A stretch of 60,693 nucleotides of DNA from Pontixanthobacter sp. Lineage in GTDB: Bacteria > Pseudomonadota > Alphaproteobacteria > Sphingomonadales > Sphingomonadaceae. Below the pieces are notes generated by a model that saw only the letters and a program-made list of their open reading frames with translations, had not been told where the DNA came from and did not search any database. Made by a program: the position numbers and the translations under genes. Shown piece after piece: positions 39,148 to 48,439 of the stretch (position 1 is its first letter; each line of letters starts with the position of its first letter). Location of the stretch: positions 1 to 60,693 of the forward strand of contig JBAUIN010000044.1 in NCBI GenBank assembly GCA_049682975.1, written 5' to 3'.

Positions 39148-41018
39148 CCGTGTCCTTTCACAAAGGCGACGCGTTCTCATTCTATCCTGACGAATCCTTC
39201 AACGGGGCCGTTGCGCGTTGGGCCGAAGGTGTCTGGTTGGACCGGATGCTGGACGTCACCCGGTTCGCAGGGGCCCATTACGGCAACAGACCTTCGGCGG
39301 AAGCAGCCGACGAAGCCCAGCTGCGATTGCTTGCCGACGAGATGGAAGTCGATCCGAAGGAGCTAATCAAACGATCAAGGCCCCTCATCGCTGATCGGGG
39401 CATCGAACATGGTCGGACCCTATTCAACGGATTGATCCTACCGACCACGATCATCGAAAAGCGCGAACGTAGATTCTCACCCGCAGGACTGAAGATAGCG
39501 CCATACCATCGGGAACTGTGGGACCTGCGATTGCTACCTGCATGTCTCGAAACCGGCGAGATACTAACGAGCACCTGCCGGAACCCGGAGTGTACGGGGT
39601 CATCATTGCGCTGGCGGAAGACGCTGGGTGTCGACTTCTGCGAGCATTGTGTGGCGGATCTGAAGGAGGTTCGGGTCGAACGGTTGCCTTCGGACATGCT
39701 TACCGAGATGAGGTCAGCCGCCATGCTGTTCGTCCCAAACAACCGTAAAGAGGCACTGAAAAGCCTTCCTGAACGTATCAAAGGTCAAGACGGGCAGATC
39801 GCCGCGGAACTGCTAATCAGGCTGCTAACCTTCGTGGACCCCGACCTCAAACGGTTCATGAAGAAGCTGCATCTGGTGGACGCCGTCAAGGTGGCCAGGG
39901 CCGTGAGCGGAGCATGGAACATCATGCGAGATTGGCCTCATGGTTTCGAAGAACACGCCTTGGCTAAACTCAATTCGCGGACCGTCAAACATTCCGACGG
40001 AAATGCGCGAGCGACGACCAGTTTCGTCAATGGAACGAACATGGCCAGCGCGTCGGGAGAACTGGCGATAATTTCCAAGGAATTGCGAGACACGATAGAT
40101 ACCACGGGACCCCAACGCGATACGATAGTCAGGGCAACCATCGGCCTCAAACCCGCGACAGTAGAATTGGGGTGGCACACTGCCGGATTGGCACAGATCC
40201 GCAGGAATGGCGCTATGTCGTCACGTCTGGTTCTGGACAAACTCGGGCGCTTGCAACCCCAGCTCGATCGCAATGAGGTCGAGCTGGTTTCACGCGGCAT
40301 TGCGGAGCATCGCTCCATAGGTTCGGTTTCCGAGATGCTCGGAATATCGCGATATGGGATTTTCCAATTGATCGACGCAGGCAGATTCGATTTACTCGCG
40401 CATCCATTCTTCGAGGCTCGCTATAGGGAACCGCAGATAGCAGGACATTCGTTCGACGATTTCCTCGAACTGTTACAGTCGAAGGCTCGCGTCATAAAGG
40501 GAAAGACGATTCCGCTGTCGAGTGCGATCAAGGTCATAGGGGGACGACTGAAACCATGGGACGCCATATTCGGCGCGCTTCTTGACGGATCGGTGAAATT
40601 TGAATCGCGACCGAGCAAACGTTTCCTCATTAATGGCGTTCTCATAAGCATCAAGGACTTACCGCTCATCGAGGGCTTCCGTGCGGAAAATCGAAATCCG
40701 CACAAGCTTGGACCGAATGAACCGCTGCCGAGGATCGATGCTGGAGAGATACTGAACCTGGGTTCGGCACAATCGACGGCACTCTTTTCAGACAAGAGCT
40801 GGAAAGAAAGTTCTGGGGGCACAGCGCTCACTTTGGCGAACATCCTTGCCATCGGACGATCGCATATCACTACGGGCGAACTAGCCTTGCGAAGAAACGT
40901 GTCGACGCAGAAAGCTTACTGTGATGCCCAGAAAGTTCAGATACCGAACCACGGGGCCGCCGGGTTCGACCGTGATCGCGCTACAGAATGGTTTCTCGAC
41001 GAAATGACGGCAGACTGA
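39144..41018 (+). CDS. tniQ: TniQ/TnsD target-selector protein (624 aa)
   Basis: YPDESF, YHRELW, CRNPEC/CEHC zinc ligands, several C-terminal HTH-like repeats; ATGA-coupled to tnsC. Confidence 0.9.
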   Translation: MTVSFHKGDAFSFYPDESFNGAVARWAEGVWLDRMLDVTRFAGAHYGNRPSAEAADEAQLRLLADEMEVDPKELIKRSRPLIADRGIEHGRTLFNGLILPTTIIEKRERRFSPAGLKIAPYHRELWDLRLLPACLETGEILTSTCRNPECTGSSLRWRKTLGVDFCEHCVADLKEVRVERLPSDMLTEMRSAAMLFVPNNRKEALKSLPERIKGQDGQIAAELLIRLLTFVDPDLKRFMKKLHLVDAVKVARAVSGAWNIMRDWPHGFEEHALAKLNSRTVKHSDGNARATTSFVNGTNMASASGELAIISKELRDTIDTTGPQRDTIVRATIGLKPATVELGWHTAGLAQIRRNGAMSSRLVLDKLGRLQPQLDRNEVELVSRGIAEHRSIGSVSEMLGISRYGIFQLIDAGRFDLLAHPFFEARYREPQIAGHSFDDFLELLQSKARVIKGKTIPLSSAIKVIGGRLKPWDAIFGALLDGSVKFESRPSKRFLINGVLISIKDLPLIEGFRAENRNPHKLGPNEPLPRIDAGEILNLGSAQSTALFSDKSWKESSGGTALTLANILAIGRSHITTGELALRRNVSTQKAYCDAQKVQIPNHGAAGFDRDRATEWFLDEMTAD

Positions 41019-41172
41019 CGCGTAATCGATCCAAAATTATTAGAAAGGAGGAAAAAGTCGGATCATCGCGGGTTTCGAAATCCAGTCCTGTAAACGACCG
41101 TTCGCAGCATAAGGGAAAAAGTCCTTTTACTTCAGATTCAGGGTTTGAAGTTAAACAAAGGAATGGAAAAAA

Positions 41173-41664
41173 ATGGAAGACGGCATGGGTAAGAAGAGCC
41201 CCCTGAGCGCAAACGACGTAGCGGACTGGTTCATCAACCGCGTAGACGAAACCAAACTGGAAACGATCACCATGCACGAGGTGCTAGACCTCGTCTATTT
41301 CGCGCAAGCATGGCATCTGGCCGAAACCGGACGCCCGCTTTTTGCGGACGAGATCGAAGCCTGGGCCCTTGGGCCGACGGTTCCGGCAGTCTTCGACCGC
41401 TTCGAACGCATGAATTCAGCCACCATCCCAGCGATAAATACACAGCGAGTGATCTCGGGACTACCGCTCGAAATACTTGAAGCGGTCGCGGAAGAATATG
41501 AAGATTGTGATGAAAAACTTCTCCGCACGCTTGCCACCATCCCGGACGGCCCGTGGGCCAAGGAACGCATAGGACAAGCCGACGACATGGCATGCCACAA
41601 GGTCATCGCACATGAAGCGATGACCGACTACTACCAAGGGAAGATCGAAGAAAATGTCGCGTAA
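41173..41664 (+). CDS. Panacea (DUF4065/SocA-like) antitoxin
   Basis: ANDVADWFI, LVYFAQAWHL, LFADEIEAWALGPTVP, GPW. Confidence 0.88.
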   Translation: MEDGMGKKSPLSANDVADWFINRVDETKLETITMHEVLDLVYFAQAWHLAETGRPLFADEIEAWALGPTVPAVFDRFERMNSATIPAINTQRVISGLPLEILEAVAEEYEDCDEKLLRTLATIPDGPWAKERIGQADDMACHKVIAHEAMTDYYQGKIEENVA

Positions 41665-42070
41665 GAGGAAAAGATCGATCCAGTCCGGAAAAGCGCAGGC
41701 CAAGGACGTCCTGGAAAATTCCCGCTCCTCGTTGAAGGAGAAGGTTTCCATCAGCTTGAAACATTACATGCCCGGCGCCGAGTGCTTCGGTGAATGGACG
41801 CCGATCGAACTGAAGAAGTTCAGTGATCTGGTGGTGAAGCTGCGAAAACTGACATTGGAGCAACTCACGCACCATCATTCGCTGTGCTGCAAGCTCGCCA
41901 GTCAGGAGCAAATGAAGAAGAAAATTCATCCGAAAGGGTTCGACAAGGGGCACGAGGTTTTCGAGATGCGACTGGGTCGAGATAGCAGCACACGGATCTT
42001 CGGTGTCCTGATCGGTCCAGTGTTCTATCTCATGAGATTGGACAGGACGCATAGCATTTGCCGTGTCTGA
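41654..42070 (+). CDS. Putative RelE-like toxin partner (MAG6450-like)
   Basis: Overlaps the Panacea gene; FEMRL...RIFGVL...VFYLMRLDRTH. Confidence 0.7.
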   Translation: MSRKRKRSIQSGKAQAKDVLENSRSSLKEKVSISLKHYMPGAECFGEWTPIELKKFSDLVVKLRKLTLEQLTHHHSLCCKLASQEQMKKKIHPKGFDKGHEVFEMRLGRDSSTRIFGVLIGPVFYLMRLDRTHSICRV

Positions 42071-42164
42071 CCGGACAGCCCCAACATCACCGAGTCCGAA
42101 AAGCTCGATCCGCCTTTCACATACAGCGATCGTAGCGGCCCGTAAAACCTGCCTTGTTGATCGG

Positions 42165-42250
42165 TAGGTGCAACGAATGCAAATTTAGTGGGTAGATAGG
42201 TGCAAGAGCGTGCAAATGTTTTGCGTGCAAATTATCGGGCTTCCTCGACA
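42165..42250 (-). repeat. Transposon end with candidate TnsB-binding repeats
   Basis: Minus strand TGTCGAGGAAGCCCGATAATTTGCACGCAAAACATTTGCACG...AATTTGCAT; TAGGTGCAA occurs twice and TGCAAAT three times on the plus strand. Confidence 0.8.
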
Positions 42251-42285
42251 ACGAGGTGCAGGGCTATTGCAACCGGACACTGGCG

Positions 42286-42406
42286 GACCACCCGACAGGG
42301 TGGTTCGACAGGTGGCGGATCATCGAAGGATCGAACGGTTCGAAGTCGGAGCGTAGCGAAGACGAACGAGCCCGCAAGGGCGAAGACAGTCCTGCCGGGC
42401 GCGCCA
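42286..42406 (+). repeat. tRNA-linked repeat or att-like remnant ending in a tRNA 3' end (probably tRNA-Arg)
   Basis: Hairpins and GGTTCGA motifs followed by AGTCCTGCCGGGCGCGCCA (42388-42406), which resembles a T-arm/acceptor/CCA. No 5' tRNA half is present. Confidence 0.7.
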
Positions 42407-42430
42407 TGAATTTACTACCCTATGCGTAAC

Positions 42431-43231
42431 CTAGCCCCGCATCGCGCTGTCGAGGCGTTCGCCGGTGATCGGATAGCCCGCATCGTCGCGGATGGAGAGC
42501 CAGCGTTCGCCGTCGCGGTCTTCGAGAATGGGCGTAATCATCTTTGCGCCGAATTGCGTACAGCTGGCAGCCGCTGCGCCGAAATCGGCGAATTGTGCCA
42601 ACCGCTCCAGATTACGGCGAGTGGGGTAGATCAACGTCAGCTTGCCTGCATCCGCGTCGTCCAGTGCCTGTTGCGCAGTGATCCAATACAGTTTGGTATT
42701 CTCGGTCGCATCGACCGTGATATCGACTGCGCCCGTACCCAGATCGGCACAATAAAAACGGGTATCGAACACACGCGACAGTTTCTCGTTCTTGGGGAAC
42801 CAGCGGCTGAACGGCAGGATGGCGCTGAAATCCACGGTCCATTGCATGCTCGCGAGAACGGGCGCCAGAGCGCGTTGATCGAGCAACATCTGCCGTGCAT
42901 TGCGTGCCGCCTCCGCATCGATCCGACCGGTCAGCCCGACGACCAGCCCCGTTTCTTCCAACGTTTCGCGAATGGCGGCGATGCGATGTGCGGCTTCGTC
43001 GATGGGCAGATCGCCGGGCAGATGTTCCGCAAGATCGTAATCTTCGGGATCGACCCGCCCGCCGGGAAACACCGCCGCGCCGCCGGCGAAGGACATTTTG
43101 CGCGAACGGGTGACCATCAGCAATTCAGGCGGACCGCCATTCTGCGATTGGCGAAAAATAACCAGCGTGGCCGCGGGAATACCGTCGGGACTGGCGGGCC
43201 GGTTGGTATCGTCGGAAGATTTTGTCATCAT
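42431..43231 (-). CDS. NUDIX hydrolase
   Basis: FPGGRVDPED...AAIRETLEETG, FDTRFY. Confidence 0.93.
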   Translation of the reverse strand: MMTKSSDDTNRPASPDGIPAATLVIFRQSQNGGPPELLMVTRSRKMSFAGGAAVFPGGRVDPEDYDLAEHLPGDLPIDEAAHRIAAIRETLEETGLVVGLTGRIDAEAARNARQMLLDQRALAPVLASMQWTVDFSAILPFSRWFPKNEKLSRVFDTRFYCADLGTGAVDITVDATENTKLYWITAQQALDDADAGKLTLIYPTRRNLERLAQFADFGAAAASCTQFGAKMITPILEDRDGERWLSIRDDAGYPITGERLDSAMRG

Positions 43232-43352
43232 GCGCGAGTGTGGCGCAGCGCCTAAGCGATGCCAAGCTACAATTGTAGTCGGCTCTCCGAAACTATGAAG
43301 CAATGCGGCGACAACCCTGTCGATGTCGGTGTGGTTTACAGTTCGGCAGGCT

Positions 43353-43368
43353 TTAACTTTGTCTTAAC
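43353..43368. promoter_or_regulatory. CtrA-type site
   Basis: TTAA-ctttgtc-TTAAC. Confidence 0.6.
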
Positions 43369-43404
43369 CATTGGGTCGCTAGGAAAATGCCAGTTCGTAA
43401 AGTT

Positions 43405-43420
43405 TGGCACGGCACCTGCA
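43405..43420 (+). promoter_or_regulatory. sigma54 -24/-12 promoter
   Basis: TGGCACGGCACCTGCA with correct GG-N10-GC spacing. Confidence 0.7.
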
Positions 43421-43430
43421 TTATGGTTGG

Positions 43431-43550
43431 CATGTCACCTGGTCTGCGCACCGACGTAGAAACTTCGTAACTGGCGGAACCTTCCTGGTCCTTGGTTTCG
43501 TCACAAAAGATAAAGCCCGGCTACGCGAATGCGTGCCGGGCTTTTTTCTT
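43431..43550 (+). ncRNA. Candidate ~120-nt sRNA
   Basis: Lies between the sigma54 promoter and a plus-strand terminator; contains CCTTCCT/TCCTT anti-SD-like tracts. Confidence 0.55.
43512..43550 (+). terminator. Rho-independent terminator (possibly bidirectional with grxD)
   Basis: AAAGCCCGGC...GCCGGGCTTTTTTCTT. Confidence 0.85.
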
Positions 43551-43587
43551 GGATCGAACGATGATCGAACGACCGTATTATAGCGAC

Positions 43588-43932
43588 TTACTGCTCCGCA
43601 GGGGCGACGTTCTTTTCGTCCATCATTTGTTTCAATTCGCCCGCTTCGAACATTTCCATCATGATATCGCTGCCGCCGACGAATTCGCCTTTCACGTAAA
43701 GCTGCGGGATGGTCGGCCAGTCGGAATAGGCTTTGATTCCTTGCCTTATTTCCATGTCCTGCAACACATCCACGCTTTCGAAGCCGACGCCGCAATGTTC
43801 CAGAATGGCCACCGCCTTGCTGGAAAAACCGCATTGCGGAAATAATGGCGTGCCTTTCATGAACAACACGACATCGTTTTCCTGAACGGTTTTCGAAATG
43901 CGGTCATTGGCGTTGGCAGTGGCGTCGGACAT
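43588..43932 (-). CDS. grxD: Monothiol glutaredoxin Grx4
   Basis: CGFS, WPTIPQLY, GGSDI. Confidence 0.97.
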   Translation of the reverse strand: MSDATANANDRISKTVQENDVVLFMKGTPLFPQCGFSSKAVAILEHCGVGFESVDVLQDMEIRQGIKAYSDWPTIPQLYVKGEFVGGSDIMMEMFEAGELKQMMDEKNVAPAEQ

Positions 43933-43973
43933 GATGGGTTCCCCTACGAAAATCTTGCGTAATTCCTGAATGC

Positions 43974-44210
43974 TTAGGAAGTGGGAACGGCAGTCGTCAG
44001 TTGCAAGGCATGCAGTACGCCGCCCATTTTACCATCCAGCGCGTCATATACCATCTTGTGCTGCTTGACCCGGCTTTGTCCGGCAAATTGCGGGGCGGTG
44101 ACTTTCGCGGCCCAATGGTCGTTATCACCGGCTAGGTCGGTCATCACCACCTGGGCACCGGGCAGCGCATCGACGATCATGGCTTCGATTTCGGAACCGG
44201 ACATCGGCAT
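43974..44210 (-). CDS. bolA: BolA/IbaG family protein
   Basis: GDNDHW, RVKQHKMVY, LHAL; adjacent to grxD. Confidence 0.93.
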   Translation of the reverse strand: MPMSGSEIEAMIVDALPGAQVVMTDLAGDNDHWAAKVTAPQFAGQSRVKQHKMVYDALDGKMGGVLHALQLTTAVPTS

Positions 44211-44214
44211 CGGA

Positions 44215-44538
44215 TCAGGACTCGCTCATCAATTGGCGGCGGGCCTCGATCGTTTTGGCGTCGAGAGCCGCGCGAACGCCCGCTTCGTCGATCTCGACAT
44301 CGGCAGCGGTCAGATCGCCCACCAGCTTGCGCACGACATCTTCATCGCCCGCTTCTTCGAAATCGGCCTGCATTACCGCTTTGGCATAGGCATCGGTTTC
44401 TTCCGGCGTCAGGTTCATCTTTTCCGCAGCCCAATGGCCGAGCAGGCGATTGCGCCGGGCCGCGACGCGAAACGCAGTTTCCTCGTCCATCGCATATTTG
44501 GCTTCTTCGCCCTTTTTGCGGTCGTTGAAATCGGTCAT
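44215..44538 (-). CDS. DUF1476 (ATP synthase zeta-like) protein
   Basis: FNDRKKGEEAKY...ARRNRLLGHWAAE. Confidence 0.9.
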   Translation of the reverse strand: MTDFNDRKKGEEAKYAMDEETAFRVAARRNRLLGHWAAEKMNLTPEETDAYAKAVMQADFEEAGDEDVVRKLVGDLTAADVEIDEAGVRAALDAKTIEARRQLMSES

Positions 44539-44608
44539 GTTGCGTCTTTCCGAAAGTGTGTGGGCCTTCGGTAATAGGCGGCCCCCAAGCGTGCGGCAAG
44601 CGTTGCCA

Positions 44609-45610
44609 TCAGTCCTTCATGGTCACGACGAGCTTGCCGATCGCGCCGCGATTTTCCAGCTTCGTGATGGCTTCATGCGCATGGGTAAGCGGGTAGGTTT
44701 CGCTGATAAGCGGGCTGATCTTGCCCTCTTTCCAAAGGCGGAACAGTTCGGCGATGTTGCCTTCGTTCTTGCGCGGTTCGCGGGCGGTGAACGCGCCCCA
44801 AAACACACCGCGAATGTCGCAGCTCTTCAGAAGCGTCAAATTGAGCGGCATCTTGGCTATGCCCGCCGGGAAGCCGATGACCAGAAACCGCCCCTCCCAT
44901 GCGATCGACCGCAGGGCCGGTTCTGAATAATCGCCACCGACTATATCGTAAACGATGTCGGCACCATCGGGGCCGACGGCATCCTTGAACGCCTTCGCCA
45001 ATTCCTTGGACGTATCCTTGTCGAACGGGGCGCGTGGGTAAATGACGACATCGTCCGCCCCGGCCTTGCGTGCCGCCTCGCCCTTCTCTTCGCTCGAAAC
45101 GGCGGCAATCACGCGCGCACCGTACGCCTTGCCGAGTTCGACGGCGGACAGGCCGACGCCGCCCGCGGCGCCCAGAACCAACATCGTGTCGCCCTTCTTG
45201 ATGTCGCCGCGATCCTTCAGCGCATGGATAGTAGTGCCATAGGTCATCAGAAGAGCGGACGCTTCGGGAAGGTCGACGAAATCGGGCACGCTGAACAGCC
45301 TGTTTGCTGGCGCGATGACTTTTTGCTGCAATCCGCCATGACCGATCCCGGCCAAAACGCGCGCGCCGACTTTCCAGCCTGTTACGCCTTCACCCAGAGC
45401 CGCAATCGTTCCGGAAATCTCGCCGCCCGGCGCGAAGGGGCGTTCGGGTTTGAACTGATACATATCGCGAATAATCAGCGTATCGGGGAAATTGATCGCG
45501 CAGGCGGCCACGTCGATCAGAACCTCGCCTTTACCGGGTATGGGTTCGGCAATATCCTCGACCACCAAAGTTTCGGGTCCGCCGGTTTCTTTCGACAACA
45601 GGGCTTTCAT
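44609..45610 (-). CDS. NADPH:quinone oxidoreductase family (MDR)
   Basis: GAAGGVG, PGGEISG, GKLVV. Confidence 0.93.
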   Translation of the reverse strand: MKALLSKETGGPETLVVEDIAEPIPGKGEVLIDVAACAINFPDTLIIRDMYQFKPERPFAPGGEISGTIAALGEGVTGWKVGARVLAGIGHGGLQQKVIAPANRLFSVPDFVDLPEASALLMTYGTTIHALKDRGDIKKGDTMLVLGAAGGVGLSAVELGKAYGARVIAAVSSEEKGEAARKAGADDVVIYPRAPFDKDTSKELAKAFKDAVGPDGADIVYDIVGGDYSEPALRSIAWEGRFLVIGFPAGIAKMPLNLTLLKSCDIRGVFWGAFTAREPRKNEGNIAELFRLWKEGKISPLISETYPLTHAHEAITKLENRGAIGKLVVTMKD

Positions 45611-46221
45611 GCGGTTTTCTCCATCGGGTGCGCCAGGGTCTTGGACAGCCACGGAAGCTGGCTGGCGTAAAAGTCTTCATAATGCGCAATGGCCGCGTCG
45701 CGTTCCAGCGTAAGGCCAACCTCGTCCAATCCGCGCATAAGGCAATCCTTGCGGAACGGGTCGATCTCGAAGGTGAAACGATCCTGGAACGGCGTGGTGA
45801 CGGTCTGCGTATCGAGATCGATCGCGATGGAATCGGTCTGAGCGACCTCCATAAGGCGGTCGATCTGATCCTGCGGAAGCTCGACCGCCAGAATGCCGTT
45901 CTTGAACGCATTGCTGGCAAATATGTCGGAGAAACTCGGCGCGATGACGGCGGTAATGCCCATATCCAATAGCGCCCAGGCGGCATGTTCGCGGCTGGAG
46001 CCACAGCCGAAATTGTCGCCTGCAATCAGGATCGGTGCATCGGCGAATGCGGGATCGTCGAACACATTGCCGTCTTTCGCGCGGATGGTTTCGAACGCGC
46101 CTTCGCCCAACCCTTCACGACGAATCGTCTTCAGCCAGCGCGCCGGAATGATCACGTCGGTATCGACGTTCTTCGCACCGAACGGGATGGCCCGGCCCTG
46201 GACGGTCTGGATCGCTTTCAT
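45607..46221 (-). CDS. leuD: 3-isopropylmalate dehydratase small subunit
   Basis: [20 protein letters not shown]. Confidence 0.97.
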   Translation of the reverse strand: MKAIQTVQGRAIPFGAKNVDTDVIIPARWLKTIRREGLGEGAFETIRAKDGNVFDDPAFADAPILIAGDNFGCGSSREHAAWALLDMGITAVIAPSFSDIFASNAFKNGILAVELPQDQIDRLMEVAQTDSIAIDLDTQTVTTPFQDRFTFEIDPFRKDCLMRGLDEVGLTLERDAAIAHYEDFYASQLPWLSKTLAHPMEKTA

Positions 46222-46231
46222 CGAATGCCCA

Positions 46232-46402
46232 TCAATCCGTCTGCGGCGGTTCGCCGCTGGGTGTCTCGTGGTTCGGCGCTTTCGTTTCCTTGCGCTTCGA
46301 TTTGTAAAGCAATGCGGCAGCGATGGCGGCGGAACCGATGGCGGCAGCGCCCATGGCGGTGGCACCGGCGATGGAGGTGGGGATCTTTTTCGTCATGGCC
46401 AT
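46232..46402 (-). CDS. 56-aa single-TM protein between leuC and leuD
   Basis: My translation: [38 protein letters not shown]...PPQTD. Below the ORF-track length cutoff. Confidence 0.7.
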   Translation of the reverse strand: MAMTKKIPTSIAGATAMGAAAIGSAAIAAALLYKSKRKETKAPNHETPSGEPPQTD

Positions 46403-46435
46403 GTCATGAAAGGCGGCGTTGTGCGAGGCAAGGCC

Positions 46436-47875
46436 TTATCGCGATTTTATCAATTCGCGCACGTCGGTCAGATGCCCGGTCACGGCGGCGGCGGCGGCCA
46501 TGGCGGGGCTCATCAGATGAGTGCGGGCACCCGGACCCTGACGGCCGACGAAATTGCGGTTGCTGGTGCTGGCGCAGCGTTCACCCGGCGGCACTTTGTC
46601 GGGGTTCATGCCCAGGCAGGCGGAGCACCCCGGTTCGCGCCATTCCAGCCCGGCATCCTTGAATACGCGGTCCAGTCCTTCCTCTTCCGCCTGATGCTTC
46701 ACCAAACCCGATCCTGGAACGACGATGGCCCAGGTGACATTATCCGCCTTGCGCCGCCCGCGCAGCACATTGGCGGCAGCGCGCAGATCCTCGATCCGGC
46801 TGTTGGTGCAGCTGCCGATAAAAATATTCTGCACCGGCACGTCGGTCAGTTTCTGGCCGACGGTGAGCCCCATGTAGTCGAGGCTCTTGCGCGCCGCATC
46901 CTGTTTCGACGGATCGTCGAATTGCGCCGGATCGGGCACGGTTCCACCGATGGCGATCGTATCTTCCGGGCTGGTGCCCCAGGTGATGGTCGGTTCGACC
47001 TGCGCCGCGTCGATCTCCACCCGCTTGTCGAACTGTGCGCCAGGATCGGTCGCCAATGAGCGCCACCACGACACCGCCGCCTCCCATTCACCGCCCTGGG
47101 GCGCGTATGGGCGGTTCTTGAGGTAGGCAAACGTCGTATCGTCAGGCGCGATCAGACCCGCGCGCGCACCCGCTTCGATCGACATATTGCACACGGTCAA
47201 ACGGCTTTCGACGCTCATCGCATCGAACACTTCGCCGCGATACTCGATGACATGACCGGTCCCGCCCGCCGTGCCGACTTCACCGATGATATGCAGGATC
47301 AGATCCTTCGACGTGACGCCGGGGGCGAGTTTGCCGATGACCGCCACCTCCATGGTTTTCGATTGCTTCAGCAGCAATGTCTGCGTCGCCAGCACATGCT
47401 CGACCTCGCTGGTGCCGATGCCGAATGCGAGCGCGCCCAATCCGCCATGCGCCGCGGTATGGGAATCGCCGCAGACGATGGTGGAGCCGGGCAGGGAGAA
47501 GCCCTGTTCCGGGCCAACCACGTGCACGATGCCCTGTTCACGCGCATTCGCATCGATGTAGCGTATGCCGAAAGCGGGCGCATTCGCTTCCAGCGCGGCC
47601 AGCTGCGCGGCGCTTTGTGGATCGGCGATGGGCAATGCCTTGCCGTTCGCATCGGTGCGCGGCGTGGTCGGCAGATTATGGTCGGGTACGGCCAGCGTCA
47701 GATCGGGGCGCCGAACTCCCCGGCCCGCCTGCCGCAGCGCCTCGAACGCCTGCGGGCTGGTAACCTCGTGCACCAGATGACGGTCGATAAAAAGCAGGCA
47801 GGTGCCATCCTCCCGCCGCTCCACGACATGCGCGTCCCAAATTTTTTCGTACAAGGTGCGCGGTTTGCTGGACAT
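46436..47875 (-). CDS. leuC: 3-isopropylmalate dehydratase large subunit
   Basis: [31 protein letters not shown]. Confidence 0.98.
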   Translation of the reverse strand: MSSKPRTLYEKIWDAHVVERREDGTCLLFIDRHLVHEVTSPQAFEALRQAGRGVRRPDLTLAVPDHNLPTTPRTDANGKALPIADPQSAAQLAALEANAPAFGIRYIDANAREQGIVHVVGPEQGFSLPGSTIVCGDSHTAAHGGLGALAFGIGTSEVEHVLATQTLLLKQSKTMEVAVIGKLAPGVTSKDLILHIIGEVGTAGGTGHVIEYRGEVFDAMSVESRLTVCNMSIEAGARAGLIAPDDTTFAYLKNRPYAPQGGEWEAAVSWWRSLATDPGAQFDKRVEIDAAQVEPTITWGTSPEDTIAIGGTVPDPAQFDDPSKQDAARKSLDYMGLTVGQKLTDVPVQNIFIGSCTNSRIEDLRAAANVLRGRRKADNVTWAIVVPGSGLVKHQAEEEGLDRVFKDAGLEWREPGCSACLGMNPDKVPPGERCASTSNRNFVGRQGPGARTHLMSPAMAAAAAVTGHLTDVRELIKSR

Positions 47876-47976
47876 GCGGCAAAAACTAGCGGCGATAGCG
47901 CGGCGGTGGCAAGTATTTCGGCCAGAACCAAATATCAGTCATGGTATAGAAACGTTTCTATGCCTAATTAACACCC

Positions 47977-48393
47977 ATGTCAGCAGCTCCCTACACTTTC
48001 CCGATCAAGATTCTCCCGGCCGATATCGATTTCATGGGGCATGTGAACAATGCCCGCTATCTCGGCTGGGTGCAGGATGCGGTGCTGTCGCACTGGCGCA
48101 ACATCGCTCCGGCGGATGCGGTGGCGAGCCGCGCCTGGGTCGCGCTGAAGCACGAGATCACTTACCGCAAACCGGCGTTTCTGGAAGACGACGTGGTCGC
48201 GCGCACCGTGCTGGAGCGTACCAAAGGCGCACGGGCATTCTACAACACCGTAATCGAACGCGGCGGGGAAGTGCTGGCCGAAATCCAGTCGAGCTGGTGC
48301 TGCATCGATGCAGAAACATTACGCCCGGCGCGTATCGGGGAAGAGGTCGCGAAATTCTTCTTCCCGAACAAGGATAATGCTAGCGAGGATTGA
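47977..48393 (+). CDS. Acyl-CoA thioesterase (hotdog)
   Basis: DIDFMGHVNNARYL. Confidence 0.92.
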   Translation: MSAAPYTFPIKILPADIDFMGHVNNARYLGWVQDAVLSHWRNIAPADAVASRAWVALKHEITYRKPAFLEDDVVARTVLERTKGARAFYNTVIERGGEVLAEIQSSWCCIDAETLRPARIGEEVAKFFFPNKDNASED

Positions 48394-48439
48394 TGAGATG
48401 CGCTTTGCCCGCGTCGCGCAATTCCGCTATACTGACGGC

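Larger units (their letters stand above)
1..42250. mobile_element. Tn7-like transposon (right-hand part; other end lies beyond position 1)
   Basis: tnsA/B/C/tniQ at 34227-41018. The terminus at 42250 reads TGTCGAGG... on the minus strand with repeated TTTGCA(C/T) sites. Accessory genes lie to the left and core genes to the right. No second end was seen, so the left extent is inferred. Confidence 0.8.

Noticed and set aside
1..42250. CRISPR-associated transposon (cas genes, array or homing spacer)
   Set aside because: No cas-like ORF or regularly spaced repeats seen. They could lie outside the window.
42286..42406. Intact or intron-containing tRNA gene
   Set aside because: Only the 3' 19 nt resemble tRNA; no 5' acceptor strand, D-arm or anticodon arm.
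42431..42480. NUDIX 3' end as the TniQ target
   Set aside because: About 180 bp from the transposon end, farther than typical TnsD-directed insertion distances.
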